64,000 nt of DNA from Macrostomum lignano (GCA_002269645.1 NIVC01000010.1:992001-1056000); one strand, 5' to 3'; shown: positions 20,135-34,009, counted from the stretch's first letter. Notes: generated from the sequence alone by a model not told the origin. Program-made: numbers and translations.

Positions 20135-21485
20135 ATTATCAGTGACCTACTATAATGTCTGGGGTTGGGTAGTTTATCTAATGGCGGGGAATGTCAGTGA
20201 CCTATAATGTCTGGGGTTGGGTAGTGTATCTACTGGCGGGAAATGTCAGTGACCTATAATGTCTGGGGTTGGGTAGTTTATCTAATGGCGGGGAATGTCA
20301 GTGACCTATAATGTCTGGGGTTGGGTAGTTTATCTAATGGCGGGGAATGTCAGTGATCTATAATGTCTGGGGTTGGGTAGTTTATCTAATGGCGGGGAAT
20401 ATCAGTGACCTATAATGTCTGGGGTTGGGTAGTTTATCTAATGGCGGGGAATGTCAGTGATCTATAATGTCTGGGGTTGGGTAGTTTATCTAATGGCGGG
20501 GAATGTCAGTGATCTATAATGTCTGGGGTTGGGTAGTTTATCTAATGGCGGGGAATGTCAGTGACCTACTATAATGTCTGGGGTTGGGTAGTGTATCTAC
20601 TGGCGGGAAATGTCAGTGACCTATAATGTCTGGGGTTGGGTAGTTTATCTAATGGCGGGGAATGTCAGTGACCTATAATGTCTGGGGTTGGGTAGTTTAT
20701 CTAATGGCGGGGAATGTCAGTGATCTATAATGTCTGGGGTTGGGTAGTTTATCTAATGGCGGGGAATGTCAGTGACCTATAATGTCTGGGGTTGGGTAGT
20801 TTATCTAATGGCGGGGAATGTCAGTGACCTACTATAATGTCTGGGGTTGGGTAGTCTATCTACTGGCGGGAAATGTCAGTGACCTATAATGTCTGGGGTT
20901 GGGTAGTTTATCTAATGGCGGGGAATGTCAGTGACCTATAATGTCTGGGGTTGGGTAGTTTATCTAATGGCGGGGAATGTCAGTGATCTATAATGTCTGG
21001 TGTTGGGTAGTTTATCTAATGGCGGGGAATGTCAGTGACCTATAATGTCTGGGGTTGGGTAGTTTATCTAATGGCGGGGAATGTCAGTGACCTACTATAA
21101 TGTCTGGGGTTGGGTAGTCTATCTACTGGCGGGAAATGTCAGTGACCTACTATAATGTCTGGGGTTGGGTAGTTTATCTAATGGCGGGGAATATCAGTGA
21201 CCTATAATGTCTGGGGTTGGGTAGTTTATCTAATGGCGGGGAATATCAGTGACCTATAATGTCTGGGGTTGGGTAGTTTATCTAATGGCGGGGAATGTCA
21301 GTGACCTATAATGTCTGGGGTTGGGTAGTTTATCTAATGGCGGGGAATGTCAGTGATCTATAATGTCTGGGGTTGGGTAGTTTATCTAATGGCGGGGAAT
21401 GTCAGTGACCTACTATAATGTCTGGGGTTGGGTAGTGTATCTACTGGCGGGAAATGTCAGTGACCTACTATAATTTCTGGGGTTT
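20135..21485. repeat. 52/55-bp G-rich minisatellite upstream of the GPCR
   Basis: Unit TATAATGTCTGGGGTTGGGTAGTTTATCTAATGGCGGGGAATGTCAGTGACC; period 52 (20281/20333). Confidence 0.93.
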
Positions 21486-21691
21486 GGTGAATAATAATCA
21501 GTAAATAGTAAGCTTGTCAAAACGGAGAAAGCATGGATGGAGCAGGATCAACCAATCACAAAGCAGCTTTGTTCTCAGGTGTGGACGATTGGTCCAGTGG
21601 AAGCGGCAGCTCTATGGAACAAAGTTCTCTTTAACACAGCAGTTGCATGTAGAGCTACACGCATCCTGTGAAAGTTGTCCGAGAACACAAC

Positions 21692-24600
21692 ATGGCAAGC
21701 GACAGCAGCGGGATCAACATCTCCGGTCGCGACTGCACCAGCGATGCATTCAACGACAACGACTATTGCTTGACAACGGATGAGTACATTGGCGAGATTC
21801 TGGCCTACCTGAGGCCCACAGTCTATGAGATTGTGTTGCTATGCCTGTACTGCATTGTACTGCTAGCTGGCCTGCTTGGCAACGCCCTGGTGATAGCGGC
21901 TGTGCTGCGCAAGCAGACAATGCGGACAGCCACTAATATGTTTCTTGTGAACTTGGCGCTGGCCGACTTCCTGGTGATTCTGTTGTGCCTGGTGCCAACC
22001 GTCATTGAGGATGTGATGGAGAGCTGGTTGTTTGGAGACGCAGCCTGTCGGGTGCTTAAATACTTGCAGGTAACAAACTCCCTTTTTAAACAGAATGTCA
22101 ATTCAGAAACTGATGCAGACGCAAGGGGTGACGACTGAATGCTTGAGAGACCACACCAGCTGAAGGTCCAGAAGCTCCAACGTGACGAACGAAGTCAGAT
22201 CTGATGCAGACACGTGATGGGCGTTCTATGAAATTTTGAGGCTTTACAAGACCGCCCTGAGGCCGCAGTCGTATTGAATACACTGGCGCTTATGGGAAAA
22301 ATGTGACCTGGCAGAATTGTTGAATATCTCGACGATTCGGAGGGCTGGCGACTTGATTGGCTCGTGTTTGTGTGCCTGCATTGCTCCGTTGATCCGGCGC
22401 AGCAAAAACGTCAGGGAGGGGAGGGTTATTCCCCTCTGGTAGTTCTATTCTTAGAAGCCTCTCAGCTTCTAGAAAGTCCTTTTAGTACGGGGTTTTCTTT
22501 GGGAGCACGAGAATTTCTTGCAGTGAGGTTTTCCCGGATGGTTTCTTGCCAGTTGGAATTTCAAATCAAATCCAGTCTATAGACAATGCTGGACTAGATT
22601 AGAACTAGACTAGACTAGACATAAACTAGACTAGATTAGAACTAGACTAGACTAGACATAAACTAGACTAGACATAAACTAGACTAGATTAGAACTAGAC
22701 TAGACTAGACATAAACTAGACTAGACTAGTCATAAACTAGACTAGATTATAACTAGACTAGACTAGTCATAAACTAGACTAGACTAGTCATAAACTAGAC
22801 TAGACCAGACATAAACTAGACTAGATTAGAACTAGACTAGACATAAACTAGACTAGATTAGAACTAGACTAGACTAGACATAAACTAGACTAGATTAGAA
22901 CTAGACTAGACTAGACATAAACTAGACTAGATTAGAACTAGACTAGACTAGACATAAACTAGACTAGATTAGAACTAGACTAGACTAGACATAAACTAGA
23001 CTAGACTAGTCATAAACTAGACTAGATTATAACTAGACTAGATTAGAACTAGACTAGACTAGTCATAAACTAGACTAGACTAGTCATAAACTAGACTAGA
23101 CCAGACATAAACTAGACTAGATTAGAACTAGACTAGACATAAACTAGACTAGATTAGAACTAGACTAGACATAAACTAGACTAGATTAGAACTAGACTAG
23201 ACTAGACATAAACTAGACTAGATTAGAACTAGACTAGACTAGACATAAACTAGACTAGATTAGAACTAGACTAGACTAGACATAAACTAGACTAGATTAG
23301 AACTAGACAAGACTAGACATAAACTAGACTAGATTAGAACTAGACTAGACTAGACATAAACTAGACTAGATTAGAACTAGACTAGACTAGTCATAAACTA
23401 GACTAGATTAGAACTAGACAAGACTAGACATAAACTAGACTAGATTAGAACTAGACTAGACTAGACATAAACTAGACTAGATTAGAACTAGACTAGACTA
23501 GTCATAAACTAGACTAGATTAGAACTAGACAAGACTAGACATAAACTAGACTAGATTAGAACTAGACAAGACTAGACATAAACTAGACTAGATTTGACTT
23601 GAAATTCCGACTGAAAGAACCTTGCGGAAAAACCTGCGGGAAAGACCCTTTTCTTTTTGAGTTGAATCGGTTAAATGTAAGGAAAATTAGTCTATTAGAA
23701 ACTTCTGGCTCCGTCAACTGAGTTTTAAAGGTTCTGTTCAATGTAAAAAAGTGTTTATCTTCAAATTGCATTTCTGAAACTCAATTAAGGCAGCTCTATG
23801 AATTGTATGAACTCAAAAAAATCAATACCGTTTAAATTTAGAGATAATATCTACTCGCATGAGAGAGATTGCCGCAGACAGCGCACTCTCGGTACAACAG
23901 ACAGCTCATTCGATGACTTACGTTGACTTTCCTATCGTCAGTCAGACATGAGAATTAGCATGTCAGAATATGTCAGAAACAGACTCTCTTCCTAAAGCTA
24001 TACATAGTGCAGCATTAGCTTTCTATTTGTTCGGGCAGGTCCCAATGCAAGGACCACAAAAAAATAGAGCTGTTGCAAAAGGATCTTGTCAGTTTTAGAC
24101 TGAAACTTCATTTTTCACAGACATGTCCCTGTAATTATACAAACTGCAGCACGCATCAGATCTTTTTTATACTCAGCTCCGTACTGGAATGCATTTAGCT
24201 ATACTTTTGGCTTCCTGTGGAAAAATTTCTGCAGAAATTTCTTTTGCCTTCTTTCTCATACTGCAGCGGCAACTGGATCAAAATACTAGCAGTTTTACGG
24301 GCATATTTTTGATGAAGCCACTATTTAGGCCATGTCCCACATTTAGCGAGGAAAAAATTCTAGACCTTTTATAGTGTTAATCCGCAAGACTGGTTCGCTT
24401 TCTGCAACACCCACGGCTCTTGCTTGTAGCTATCTGAAGCGTAAATACAGAGACACAACCAGTCTACCCAGCTTTCAACCACAAAGCCATTGCAAATTGA
24501 AGGCCTGAAAATTTACTAATCTTCTCTGCGCTAATCCACCACTCACGGCGGGCGGTTCGTTTTGATGCCGCAAACTGCCGCGATTTAAGCGCTGGCAACG

Positions 24601-27600
24601 CAGTAGCGAGAAAGTTAATGTAATAAGATGACGCGATTATGGCTTCCTGTAAACAAATTAAATCGTTCGTTCCATCTCATGACCCATTCGCAGAGGACTT
24701 TTGAAAGGGTTTAGGGGACACAGCGGGAAGGCGCGGACGCAGCTGTGCTGTTCTCTGAAGAGGATTGAGTTGAGCCCTTGAGCGCATGTGCTGATGATTC
24801 GAATTTTCCGGTTTGCACGCTTCGGTAACTGATAATAAATGTGTGCAGCCCCGAAGGTCATTTAGTCCGGATCGCAAAAAAGTAAAATGCTGACAAAATA
24901 CTTGGCGGTTTCGTCACCTGAGTTGCAACAACTGCAGGGAAAATACACGTTCACGTTCGTACACCAGGATGTTATATTTCATATTTGTGCTTTATTGCAA
25001 CTGTTTTAGTAGTTGCATATGTAGGCAGCAGTTTTATTACTGGAGACCCCCCACGGGTCTCCCATTGTGCACGAGTTGTTTACGGCTTGTAAATTGCTGT
25101 TATTATAACTTTATTAAGCGCTCTATTTGATTATTATTGGTATAGGCCAAGTCAAGGCTCATATGTGGGTAATTGCTCAGATTTAAGGCTCATGGGGGAT
25201 TGCTGAAATGCTTCAATCCTATTATACAGAGACTAACAAAATTCGTAACTGTAAGTCTTGTGAGCTGTAAATATCGGTGCCAAAATCATAACATACTTTT
25301 TAGCTACCGTACACGCACTTAATGTAATTTTAGGTCAAGTTTTATTGTTACAAAATTTTAGTTCATGTAGACGGGAAATCCTAGCCCCTCCCGTTGGGAG
25401 CCAAAAAATGCAAATTTAAGTCTGAATTGACGCTACTGGTTTAGGTATGCTCTACGTTACAGAACGCATCGCGCTGAAAGAGGTTTTGCCTAAGATGAAT
25501 TAATTCGATTAAGAAAGTCTGACTTCTCAAAGCTGAAGTAAAGAATGGCGCAGAGAGGACCGCTAGCAAAAGAGGACAGTGGGAGGACAGTGATTGCAGG
25601 TGACTGACGGTTTGAAGTTTGACGTGATTTCAGTTAATAGTCTATGGTATTTCCACTGCGGCGAAAAAATGAGTGCCTGACTGCGGTGCCAAAATGAGTG
25701 CCTGCGGTGCCAAAATGAGTGCCTGCGGTGCCAAAATGAGTGCCTGACTGCAGTGCCAAAATGAGTGCCTGCGGTGCCAAAATGAGTGCCTGCGGTGCCA
25801 AAATGAGTGCCTGACTGCGGTGCCAAAATGAGTGCCTGCGGTGCCAAAATGAGTGCCTGACTGCGGTGCCAAAATGAGTGCCTGCGGTGCCAAAATGAGT
25901 GCCTGCGGTGCCAAAATGAGTGCCTGACTGCGGTGCCAAAATGAGTGCCTGCGGTGCCAAAATGAGTGCCTGCGGCGCCAAAATGAGTGCCTGCGGTGCC
26001 AAAATGAGTGCCTGCGGTGCCAAAATGAGTGCCTGCGGCGCCAAAATGAGTGCCTGCGGCGCCAAAATGAGTGCCTGCTCCCGGCGCCAAAATGAGTGCC
26101 TGCGGCGCCAAAATGAGTGCTTGACTGCGGAGCCAAAATGAATGCTTGACTGCGGCGCCAAAATGAATGCTTGACTGCGGCGCCAAAATGAATGCTTGAC
26201 TGCGGCGCCAAAATGAATGCTTGACTGCGGCGCCAAAATGAATGCCTGCAGTGCCAAAATGAGTGCCTGCGGTGCCAAAATGAGTGCCTGCGGTGCCAAA
26301 ATGAGTGCCTGCGGCGCCAAAATGAGTGCCTGCTCCCGGCGCCAAAATGAGTGCCTGCGGCGCCAAAATGAATGCTTGACTGCGGCGCCAAAATGAGTGC
26401 CTGCGGTGCCAAAATGAGTGCCTGACTGCGGTGCCAAAATGAGTGCCTGCGGTGCCAAAATGAGTGCCTGACTGCGGTGCCAAAATGAGTGCCTGCGGTG
26501 CCAAAATGAGTGCCTGCGGTGCCAAAATGAGTGCCTGACTGCGGTGCCAAAATGAGTGCCTGCGGTGCCAAAATGAGTGCCTGCGGCGCCAAAATGAGTG
26601 CCTGCGGTGCCAAAATGAGTGCCTGCGGTGCCAAAATGAGTGCCTGCGGCGCCAAAATGAGTGCCTGCGGCGCCAAAATGAGTGCCTGCTCCCGGCGCCA
26701 AAATGAGTGCCTGCGGCGCCAAAATGAATGCTTGACTGCGGAGCCAAAATGAATGCTTGACTGCGGCGCCAAAATGAATGCTTGACTGCGGCGCCAAAAT
26801 GAATGCTTGACTGCGGCGCCAAAATGAATGCTTGACTGCGGCGCCAAAATGAATGCCTGCAGTGCCAAAATGAGTGCCTGCGGTGCCAAAATGAGTGCCT
26901 GCGGTGCCAAAATGAGTGCCTGCGGCGCCAAAATGAGTGCCTGCTCCCGGCGCCAAAATGAGTGCCTGCGGCGCCAAAATGAATGCTTGACTGCGGCGCC
27001 AAAATGAGTGCCTGCGGCGCCAAAATGAGTGCCTGCAGTGCCAAAATGAGTGCCTGCAGTGCCAAAATGAGTGCCTGCAGTGCCAAAATGAGTGCCTGCA
27101 GTGCCAAAATGAGTGCCTGCAGTGCCAAAATGAGTGCCTGCAGTGCCAAAATGAGTGCCTGCGGCGCCAAAATGAGTGCCTGACTGCGGCGCCAAAATAA
27201 GTGCCTGACTGCAGTGCCAAAATGAGTGCCTGACTGCAGTGCCAAAATGAGTGCCTGCGGCGCCAAAATGAGTGCCTGACTGCGGCGCCAAAATGAGTGC
27301 CTGACTGCAGTGCCAAAATAAGTGCCTGACTGCAGTGCCAAAATGAGTGCCTGCGGCGCCAAAATGAGTGCCTGCGGCGCCAAAATGAGTGCCTGACTGC
27401 GGTGCCAAAATGCTTGACTGCGGCGCCAAAATGAGTGCCTGCGGTGCCAAACTGAGTGACTGACTGCGGTGCCAAAATGAGTGCCTGCGGTGCCAAAATG
27501 CTTGACTGCGGCGCCAAAATGAATGCTTGACTGCGGCGCCAAAATGAATGCTTGACTGCGGCGCCAAAATGAATGCTGCGACACCAAAATGAGTGCCTGC

Positions 27601-30600
27601 AGTGCCAAAATGAGTGCCTGCAGTGCCAAAATGAGTGCCTGCAGTGCCAAAATGAGTGCCTGCGGTGCCAAAATGAGTGCCTGCGGCGCCAAAATGAGTG
27701 CCTGCTCCCGGCGCCAAAATGAGTGCCTGCGGCGCCAAAATGAATGCTTGACTGCGGCGCCAAAATGAGTGCCTGCGGCGCCAAAATGAGTGCCTGCAGT
27801 GCCAAAATGAGTGCCTGCAGTGCCAAAATGAGTGCCTGCAGTGCCAAAATGAGTGCCTGCAGTGCCAAAATGAGTGCCTGCAGTGCCAAAATGAGTGCCT
27901 GCGGCGCCAAAATGAGTGCCTGACTGCGGCGCCAAAATGAGTGCCTGACTGCAGTGCCAAAATAAGTGCCTGACTGCAGTGCCAAAATGAGTGCCTGACT
28001 GCAGTGCCAAAATGAGTGCCTGCGGCGCCAAAATGAGTGCCTGCGGCGCCAAAATGAGTGCCTGACTGCGGTGCCAAAATGAGTGCCTGCGGTGCCAAAA
28101 TGCTTGACTGCGGCGCCAAAATGAGTGCCTGCGGTGCCAAACTGAGTGACTGACTGCGGTGCCAAAATGAGTGCCTGCGGTGCCAAAATGCTTGACTGCG
28201 GCGCCAAAATGAATGCTTGACTGCGGCGCCAAAATGAATGCTTGACTGCGGCGCCAAAATGAATGCTGCGACACCAAAATGAGTGCCTGCAGTGCCAAAA
28301 TGAGTGCCTGCAGTGCCAAAATGAGTGCCTGCAGTGCCAAAATGAGTGTCTGACTGCGGTGCCAAAATGAGTGCCTGTAGTGCCAAAATGAGTGCCTGAC
28401 TGCGGTGCCAAAATGAGTGCCTGTAGTGCCAAAATGAGTGCCTGACTGCGGTGCCAAAATGAGTGTCTGACTGCGGTGCCAAAATGAGTGCCTGTAGTGC
28501 CAAAATGAGTGCCTGCAGTGCTAAAATGAGTGCCTGCAGTGCCAAAATGAGTGCCTGCAGTGCCAAAATGAGTTCTAACAAAACCGATTCTCAAATTAAA
28601 GTACATGCAGGAATTTAGTCATGTAAATGTAGAAGTTTTTGCTTTTCCCCCCACCTTAAATTCCATTAAGATAATAAGATTAAAAACTCAATAACAACTG
28701 TGAAAACTTGCTTACAAAAACTTTACCGCCAACTTTGTTCAATTAACAATTATTTAGCACTTCTAGGATTTGAAATCTTCTCTTCCATAATCATGTCTTA
28801 GATCATTTCTCCTGGTTTACCGTCTCATTTTTGTGTAATTCCCTCACAACTCGCCATCTGCAGCCAGTGTCGGTCACCGTGTCCGTACTGACGATGACAC
28901 TGAACTCGGTTGAGCGCCTACTTGCAGTCTGCTTCCCGATGAAAGTGAAAACAACTAAAAAACGAGTAGGCAGCCTCATCATACTGGCCTGGACCACTGC
29001 TCTGGCATCGAAGCTGCACTACCCCTTCACTATGGAGGCGGTCCCGTTCCCCAATCTGCCGAACGACACCGCCTTGCTGACCTCTTGCCGCTCCAATTGG
29101 AAACAGCTGGACCAGAACGGCACCGTCATTATCAATTTTGAAATTGGCGCCAGCATTCTTGATTCCTTGCTGTTCTTTGTCCTGCCGTTCGCATGGATGC
29201 TGGTGGCCTACAGCATGGTGTGTCATCGCCTGTGGCATGCTTCTGTGCCTGGGGAGGCCTCGCGTGTTCAGCAGGGGCGCAGTGAGAAATTTTTGTGCTT
29301 TTCAGTATATTTTATTAAATGTCTTGGCGTGCCCCTGATGCTAAAACCCCTTGGTGCTGAAACCCCTGGTGCTAAAGACCCCTGGTACTAAAGCCCTTGG
29401 TGCTAAAGCCCCTGGTGCTAAAGACCCCTGGTGCTAAAGCCCCTGGTGCTTAAACCCCTGGCCCTGGTGCAAAAGACCCTGGTGCTAAAGCCCCTGGTGC
29501 TAAAGACCCTGGTGCTAAAGACCCTGGTGGTAAAGACCCTGGTGCTAAAGACCCCTGGTGCTAAAGACCCTGGTGCTAAAGACCCTGGTGCTAAAGACCC
29601 TGGTGCTAAAGACCCTGGTGCTAAAGACCCTGGTGCTAAAGACCCTGGTGCTAAAGACCCTGGTGCTAAAGACCCTGGTGCTAAAGACCCTGGTGCTAAA
29701 GACCCTGGTGCTAAAGACCCTGGTGCTAAAGACCCTGGTGCTAAAGACCCTGGTGCTAAAGACCCTGGTGCTAAATTAAGACCCTGGTGCTAAAGCCCCT
29801 GGTGCTAAAGCCCCTGGTGCTAAAACCCCTGGTGCTAAAGCCCCTGGTGCCAATTAAGACCCTGGTGCTAAAGCCCCTGGTGCTAAAGCCCCTGGTGCTA
29901 AAACCCCTGGTGCTAAAGACCCCTGGTACTAAAGCCCTTGGTGCTAAAGCCCCTGGTGCTGAAGACCCTGGTGCTAAAGACCCCTGGTGCTAAAGCCCCT
30001 GGTGCTAAAGACCCCTGGTACTAAAGCCCTTGGTGCTAAAGCCCCTGGTGCTGAAGACCCTGGTGCTAAAGACCCCTGGTGCTAAAGCCCCTGGTGCTAA
30101 AGCCCCTGGTGCTAAAGACCCTGGTGCTAAAGACCCTGGTGCTAAAGCCCCTGGTGCTAAAGACCCTGGTGCTAAAGACCCTGGTGCTAAAGCCCCTGGT
30201 GCTAAAGACCCTGGTGCTAAAGCCCCTGATGCTAAAGCCTGATGCATTTGGTTAATTTAAAAATCATCCCATACGAGCACCTGACGCACTTGCTGTACAC
30301 CAGACACACCCAGCCACCATCGTGCTGGCAGCAGCCGCATCTCCGGATCTGGCCGGAGGTCGACATCCAGCGCTTTGCCAGCTTCCGCGGCTGCCTCGGC
30401 AGCCTCTCCGGACTCGACCCTGGCTCAGCGGAGGCGCACCGCCCTGATGCTGGTGTCCATCGTGCTCATCTTCTTCGTGTGCAACCTGCCTGTGCACATT
30501 ATGCGAGTGGCGTGAGTGTCTTTCGGATCTGTTGTAGATTCGGCTGCCCATGTGCTCACATGGTAGGCATATCAACTCGAATGAGACTCATCTCTATATT

Positions 30601-33411
30601 CAAATGAGAACCGTATTTACTCAGATAAGTACCAATGCCTACTCAGATGAGTACCAATGCCTACTCAGATGAGTACCAATGCCTACTCAGATGAGTAACA
30701 ATGCCTACTCAGATGAGTAACAATGCCTACTCAGATGAGTACCAATGCCTACTCAGATGAGTACCAATGCCTACCCAGATGAGTACCAATGTCTACTCAG
30801 ATGAGTACCAATGCCTACTCAGATGAGTAACAATGCCTATACTTAGATGAGTACCAATGCCTACCCAGATGAGTACAGATGTCTACTCAGATCAGTACCA
30901 ATGCCTACTTATTTGAAACGACATTGGACTCAAACAGTGCTCAAATCTAACGAAAATAAGTTGGACATCTCTCTTTCTCAAATAATTTTCAGAAATGTTT
31001 ACTTTTCGGGCAGGCAGTTCTCGCAGTCTCAGCACCACCTGAAAATTGCCATCCAGCACATTGCTGGCACAGCTCACTGGATTTGCTATTTCAATGCGGC
31101 AATCAACCCCATCGTGTACAACATACTGAGTGGTAGGTGACCAGTATTGCAACAGTGGAAGTGCTTTGGTTTTGTTAAAACTTGAATTCTTCACCTAATA
31201 TATAGGGTGTTCCTGTGAAGTGTCATTCCTGTCAATTGACATTCTTGTGAATTGACATTCTTAGGAATTAAAACTCTTGTAAATTAATATTCTTGTGAGC
31301 TGACATTCTTGTGAATTAACATTCTTGTGAATTAACCTTCTTGTGAACTAAAATTCTTTTAAATCGTCTTTCCTATGAATTTTTAATCATTTGAATTGTC
31401 ATTCCTGCGAATTGACACTGATGTTAGGTGTCACACTTGTGAAATTGAGTTCTGCTTGTGAAGGAGTGATAGATTAATGCCGAGAAGATCGAATGTTGAC
31501 AGTGGGAATCTGGCTGAGCTCGGGCCACATCTGGCACTTCGCGGCTGCATTGGCTTTCATTGACTTTTCATTTTATGCCAGCTGCTCAGACGACTTCATG
31601 TCGCTATTGAAATATTTATAAAAATCCTTAAAACTATATGCTCAATACTCAAGTCTACAGTGCCCAGGATGTGTTCTCATGTGGGACTATGCATCATGCA
31701 GCTTTATACCCAAAGCTCATCTCAGGAGAACTGCTATTAAGTTAAAAGGAATTTTATTATTTAACATTGATGACTTATTTCCATTAGCATGAGATAATTT
31801 TCATAAAGATTCTGTTAATGCCGAAAGAACCGCCCGTGAAGAGTTGGTGGACGAGGCACTGGGGCAAACTCCATGCAGCATTGCTCTGTGCTCACAACCC
31901 TGGATAATTGACAGTTTTAGAATCCGGGATCATTGAAACTTATTTTTAGTACTCTGGATCATTGCCACTTATTTTTAGTACTCCGGATCATTGACACTTA
32001 GTTAGAACTCCGGATCATTGACACTTATTTTTAGTACTCTGGATCATTGCCACTTAGTTAGAACTCCGGATCATTGACACTTATTTTTAGTACTCTGGAT
32101 CATTGCCACTTAGTTAGAACACTGGATAATTGCCACTTAGAACACTGGATGATTGCCACTTAGTTAAAACACTGGATGATTGCCGCTTAGTTAAAACACT
32201 GGATGATTGCCGCTTAGTTAGAACACTGGATGATTGCCGCTTAGTTAAAACACTGGATGATTGCCGCTTAGTTAGAACACTGGATGATTGCCGCTTAGTT
32301 AAAACACTGGATGATTGCCGCTTAGTTAGAACACTGGATGATTGCCGCTTAGTTAGAACCCTGGATAATTGCCGCTTAGTTAGAACACTGGATGATTGCC
32401 GCTTAGTTAGAACCCTGGATAATTGCCGCTTAGTTAGAACCCTGGATAATTGCCGCTTAGTTAGAACCCTGGATAATTGCCGCTTAGTTAGAACCCTGGA
32501 TAATTGCCGCTTAGTTAGAACCCTGGATGATTGCCGCTTAGTTAGAACCCTGGATAATTGCCGCTTAGTTAGAGCCCTGGATAATTGCCGCTTAGTTAGA
32601 ACCCTGGATAATTGCCGCTTAGTTAGAGCCCTGGATAATTGCCGCTTAGTTAGAACCCTGGATAATTGCCGCTTAGTTAGAGCCCTGGATAATTGCCGCT
32701 TAGTTAGAACCCTGGATAATTGCCGCTTAGTTAGAGCCCTGGATAATTGCCGCTTAGTTAGAACCCTGGATAATTGCCGCTTAGTTAGAGCCCTGGATAA
32801 TTGCCGCTTAGTTAGAACCCTGGATAATTGCCGCTTAGTTAGAGCCCTGGATAATTGCCGCTTAGTTAGAACCCTGGATAATTGCCGCTTAGTTAGAACC
32901 CTGGATAATTGCCGCTTAGTTAGAACCCTGGATAATTGCCGCTTAGTTAGAACCCTGGATAATTGCCGCTTAGATAGAGCCCTGGATAATTGCCGCTTAG
33001 TTAGAACCCTGGATAATTGCCGCTTAGATAGAGCCCTGGATAATTGCCGCTTAGTTAGAACCCTGGATAATTGCCGCTTAGTTAGAACACTGGATTTTAG
33101 CTGTCTTGAAAACATAACTGCATCGCACTCAATACTTTCTACTTATCAGTAGACGAACTCTGGCAACCCACGGCAATTTTCTCTGCTACCCCTCATTATC
33201 CACAGCAAAATTTCGCGAAGAGTTCCGACTCGTGATCCGGCGCTGGGTGCCTCGCTTCTGCCGCCGCTGTCGCGAAGACGAAGGCCTCAGCGCTGTCGCC
33301 CAGTCGGAGATTCTGCTGCGGCGCCGGCCCGCAGTGATGCTGCACTCCGGAAACTGGATGCCAATGATGCTAATGAGGAACTCGGCAGCTGGGGCTTCGA
33401 GCTACAGTTGA
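21692..33411 (+). CDS. Class A neuropeptide GPCR, orexin/allatotropin-receptor-like, 449 aa; exons 21692-22069, 28864-29281, 30304-30511, 30993-31132, 33206-33411
   Basis: [13 protein letters not shown] in TM1, [27 protein letters not shown]|[14 protein letters not shown] in TM6, [20 protein letters not shown]. Junctions close in frame (1350 nt). Confidence 0.87.
22590..23593. repeat. ACTAG-based compound satellite (CATAAACTAGACTAGATTAGAACTAGACTAG...), GPCR intron 1
   Basis: Direct periodicity. Confidence 0.92.
25668..28570. repeat. 21/25-bp minisatellite (CCAAAATGAGTGCCTGCGGTG) with higher-order blocks, GPCR intron 1
   Basis: About 2.9 kb; duplicated blocks offset by 611 bp and 690 bp. Confidence 0.95.
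29335..30240. repeat. 15/16-bp minisatellite (CCTGGTGCTAAAGAC / CCCCTGGTGCTAAAGC), GPCR intron 2
   Basis: Direct periodicity. Confidence 0.93.
30618..30905. repeat. 22-bp minisatellite (TACTCAGATGAGTACCAATGCC), GPCR intron 3
   Basis: Direct periodicity. Confidence 0.9.
31925..33090. repeat. 27-bp minisatellite (GGATAATTGCCGCTTAGTTAGAACCCT), GPCR intron 4
   Basis: Direct periodicity, with a degenerate left edge. Confidence 0.93.
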
Positions 33412-33520
33412 CGGATGTAGATATTAAATTGCACTACTAAATTGCACTATATATAGGACTGCTTGTACTTTGTTTTAAGATACTTTTAACAATTGTTGCA
33501 AAAGCAATTACATTATTTTA

Positions 33521-34002
33521 CTATATCTTTTTGCGTTCTAGTTTGGACTGCGGGCTTTTAATTTGGACACAGAGTTGAGCAAAGCCCAGAGAATGCTGGC
33601 TAGTCTATGGCACAAACCGCGAGCACAAATTTGGACACAGAAGAAAAGAAGATCAAAGTTAAGAACGACAGTAATCAGTTTTTGAGGGTAGGTTATGAAT
33701 CTTAAAGACTATGATCCAAAACATTGTACTTATCCAATCCGTTAGATACAATTTTCTAAAACTTTAAACTTTAAGACTCTTGCATTGTCAGAACCAGTTT
33801 CTTCCTTCTAAAAAACTCGTCGTGTACTTTGTTTGCTGGCTCAAGAAAAAACATGCAAGATTGTGCCCGCTGTCGAATTTAAAAGCCCGTCAGTTGCTTC
33901 TGGTTTGTGCCATAGACTAGCCAGCATTCTCTGGGCTTTGCTTAACTCTGTGTCTAGATTAAAAGCCCACAGTCCAAAGCTAGAACGCAAAAAAGCTATA
34001 TA
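33521..34002. mobile_element. MITE/foldback with ~100-bp inverted arms just 3' of the GPCR stop
   Basis: 33521-33618 is nearly the reverse complement of 33901-34002 (shared core AGCAAAGCCCAGAGAATGCTGGCTAGTCTATGGCACAAACC). Confidence 0.7.
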
Positions 34003-34009
34003 GTGCATT

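Noticed and set aside
16790-21485. Regular arrays superficially like CRISPR
   Set aside because: Head-to-tail tandem repeats with no unique spacers, no cas genes, and a eukaryotic intron context.
24785-24835. TGATGA...CTGA pair suggesting a C/D snoRNA
   Set aside because: Boxes are too close together and there is no terminal stem.
25563-28606. Three ~970-aa minus-strand ORFs
   Set aside because: Translations of a 21/25-bp minisatellite inside GPCR intron 1; open only because the unit lacks stop codons.
32114-33152. 333-aa and 340-aa ORFs (KRQLSRVLT / LDNCRLVRT repeats, superficially LRR-like)
   Set aside because: 27-bp intronic minisatellite.
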